Part shown: positions 56,078 through 56,266 of the stretch, one piece after another | Position numbering within the stretch: position 1 is the first letter of the stretch | Layout of the letters: each line of letters begins with the position of its first letter | Assembly: GCA_044222475.1 (NCBI GenBank) | Contig: JBGANF010000043.1 | Location: 1 to 56,266, forward strand | Length of the DNA stretch: 56,266 nucleotides | Direction: 5' to 3' | Source of the DNA: Polyangiaceae bacterium | Lineage (GTDB): Bacteria > Myxococcota_A > Polyangia > Polyangiales > Polyangiaceae | Notes under the pieces: model-generated | What the model was told of the DNA's origin: nothing | Seen by the model: the letters and a program-made list of their open reading frames with translations, nothing else | Database searches by the model: none | Program-made: the position numbers and the translations under genes

Positions 56078-56266
56078 TCAGCCCTGACCGAGAAACCGCC
56101 GCATGCGCTCGACCTCGGCGTCGAGCGCGCGCCGGTACTCTCGCGAACGCGGCGCCGCTCCCGAGACGTAGCCGATCTCGACCTCGAGCGCGCCGCGTTT
56201 GCTCGACACGTTTCCCCAGCCGATGACATGGTCGCGGTACAGGAGTGGAAGCGCGTAGTAGCCGCG
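56078..56266 (-). CDS. C-terminal part of a YcaQ/AlkZ-like (winged-helix) DNA glycosylase; 5' end outside window
   Basis: Own translation of the minus strand (not in the ORF track): RGYYALPLLYRDHVIGWGNV...ALDAEVERMRRFLGQG-stop. Confidence 0.7.
   Translation of the reverse strand, partial: RGYYALPLLYRDHVIGWGNVSSKRGALEVEIGYVSGAAPRSREYRRALDAEVERMRRFLGQG

Noticed and set aside
1..56266. tRNA, rRNA, known riboswitches, anti-phage defence genes
   Set aside because: None was recognisable by eye. A covariance-model or DefenseFinder search was not possible, so small elements could have been missed.

Overview
This is a very GC-rich, densely coding bacterial window. Gene content points to a myxobacterium, probably Polyangiales/Labilithrix-like (inference): three Hanks-type Ser/Thr kinases, a TPR-PEGA protein, an MXAN_5187-like protein and many Cys-rich lipoproteins with DAG/DSG linkers. 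It holds about 48 genes, including pepQ, prfC, fabH, lgt, pfkA, a ROK glucokinase, a sufS-like gene and a carotenoid operon (crtI-crtB-crtD-crtC-glycosyltransferase). No rRNA, tRNA, CRISPR array, transposase or integrase was seen. Best leads: (1) an unannotated ~58-nt sigma54-driven hairpin sRNA with a C-rich loop and an upstream palindromic enhancer, between prfC and a large lipoprotein; (2) that 977-aa lipoprotein looks like a circularly permuted alpha/beta-hydrolase; (3) a 5.6-kb integrase-less island inserted in the 3' end of the carotenoid glycosyltransferase, bounded by 62-bp att-like repeats and bracketed by two inward-facing double-LuxR paralogs, one decayed; (4) a window-wide leaderless-transcript signature, TAnnnT 6-8 nt before start codons; (5) a mini-sigma protein with only regions 1.1 and 3; (6) a CoA-ligase plus cysteine desulfurase pair followed by two tandem, extremely Cys-rich repeat lipoproteins. 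All family calls come from motif recognition by eye, not database searches.
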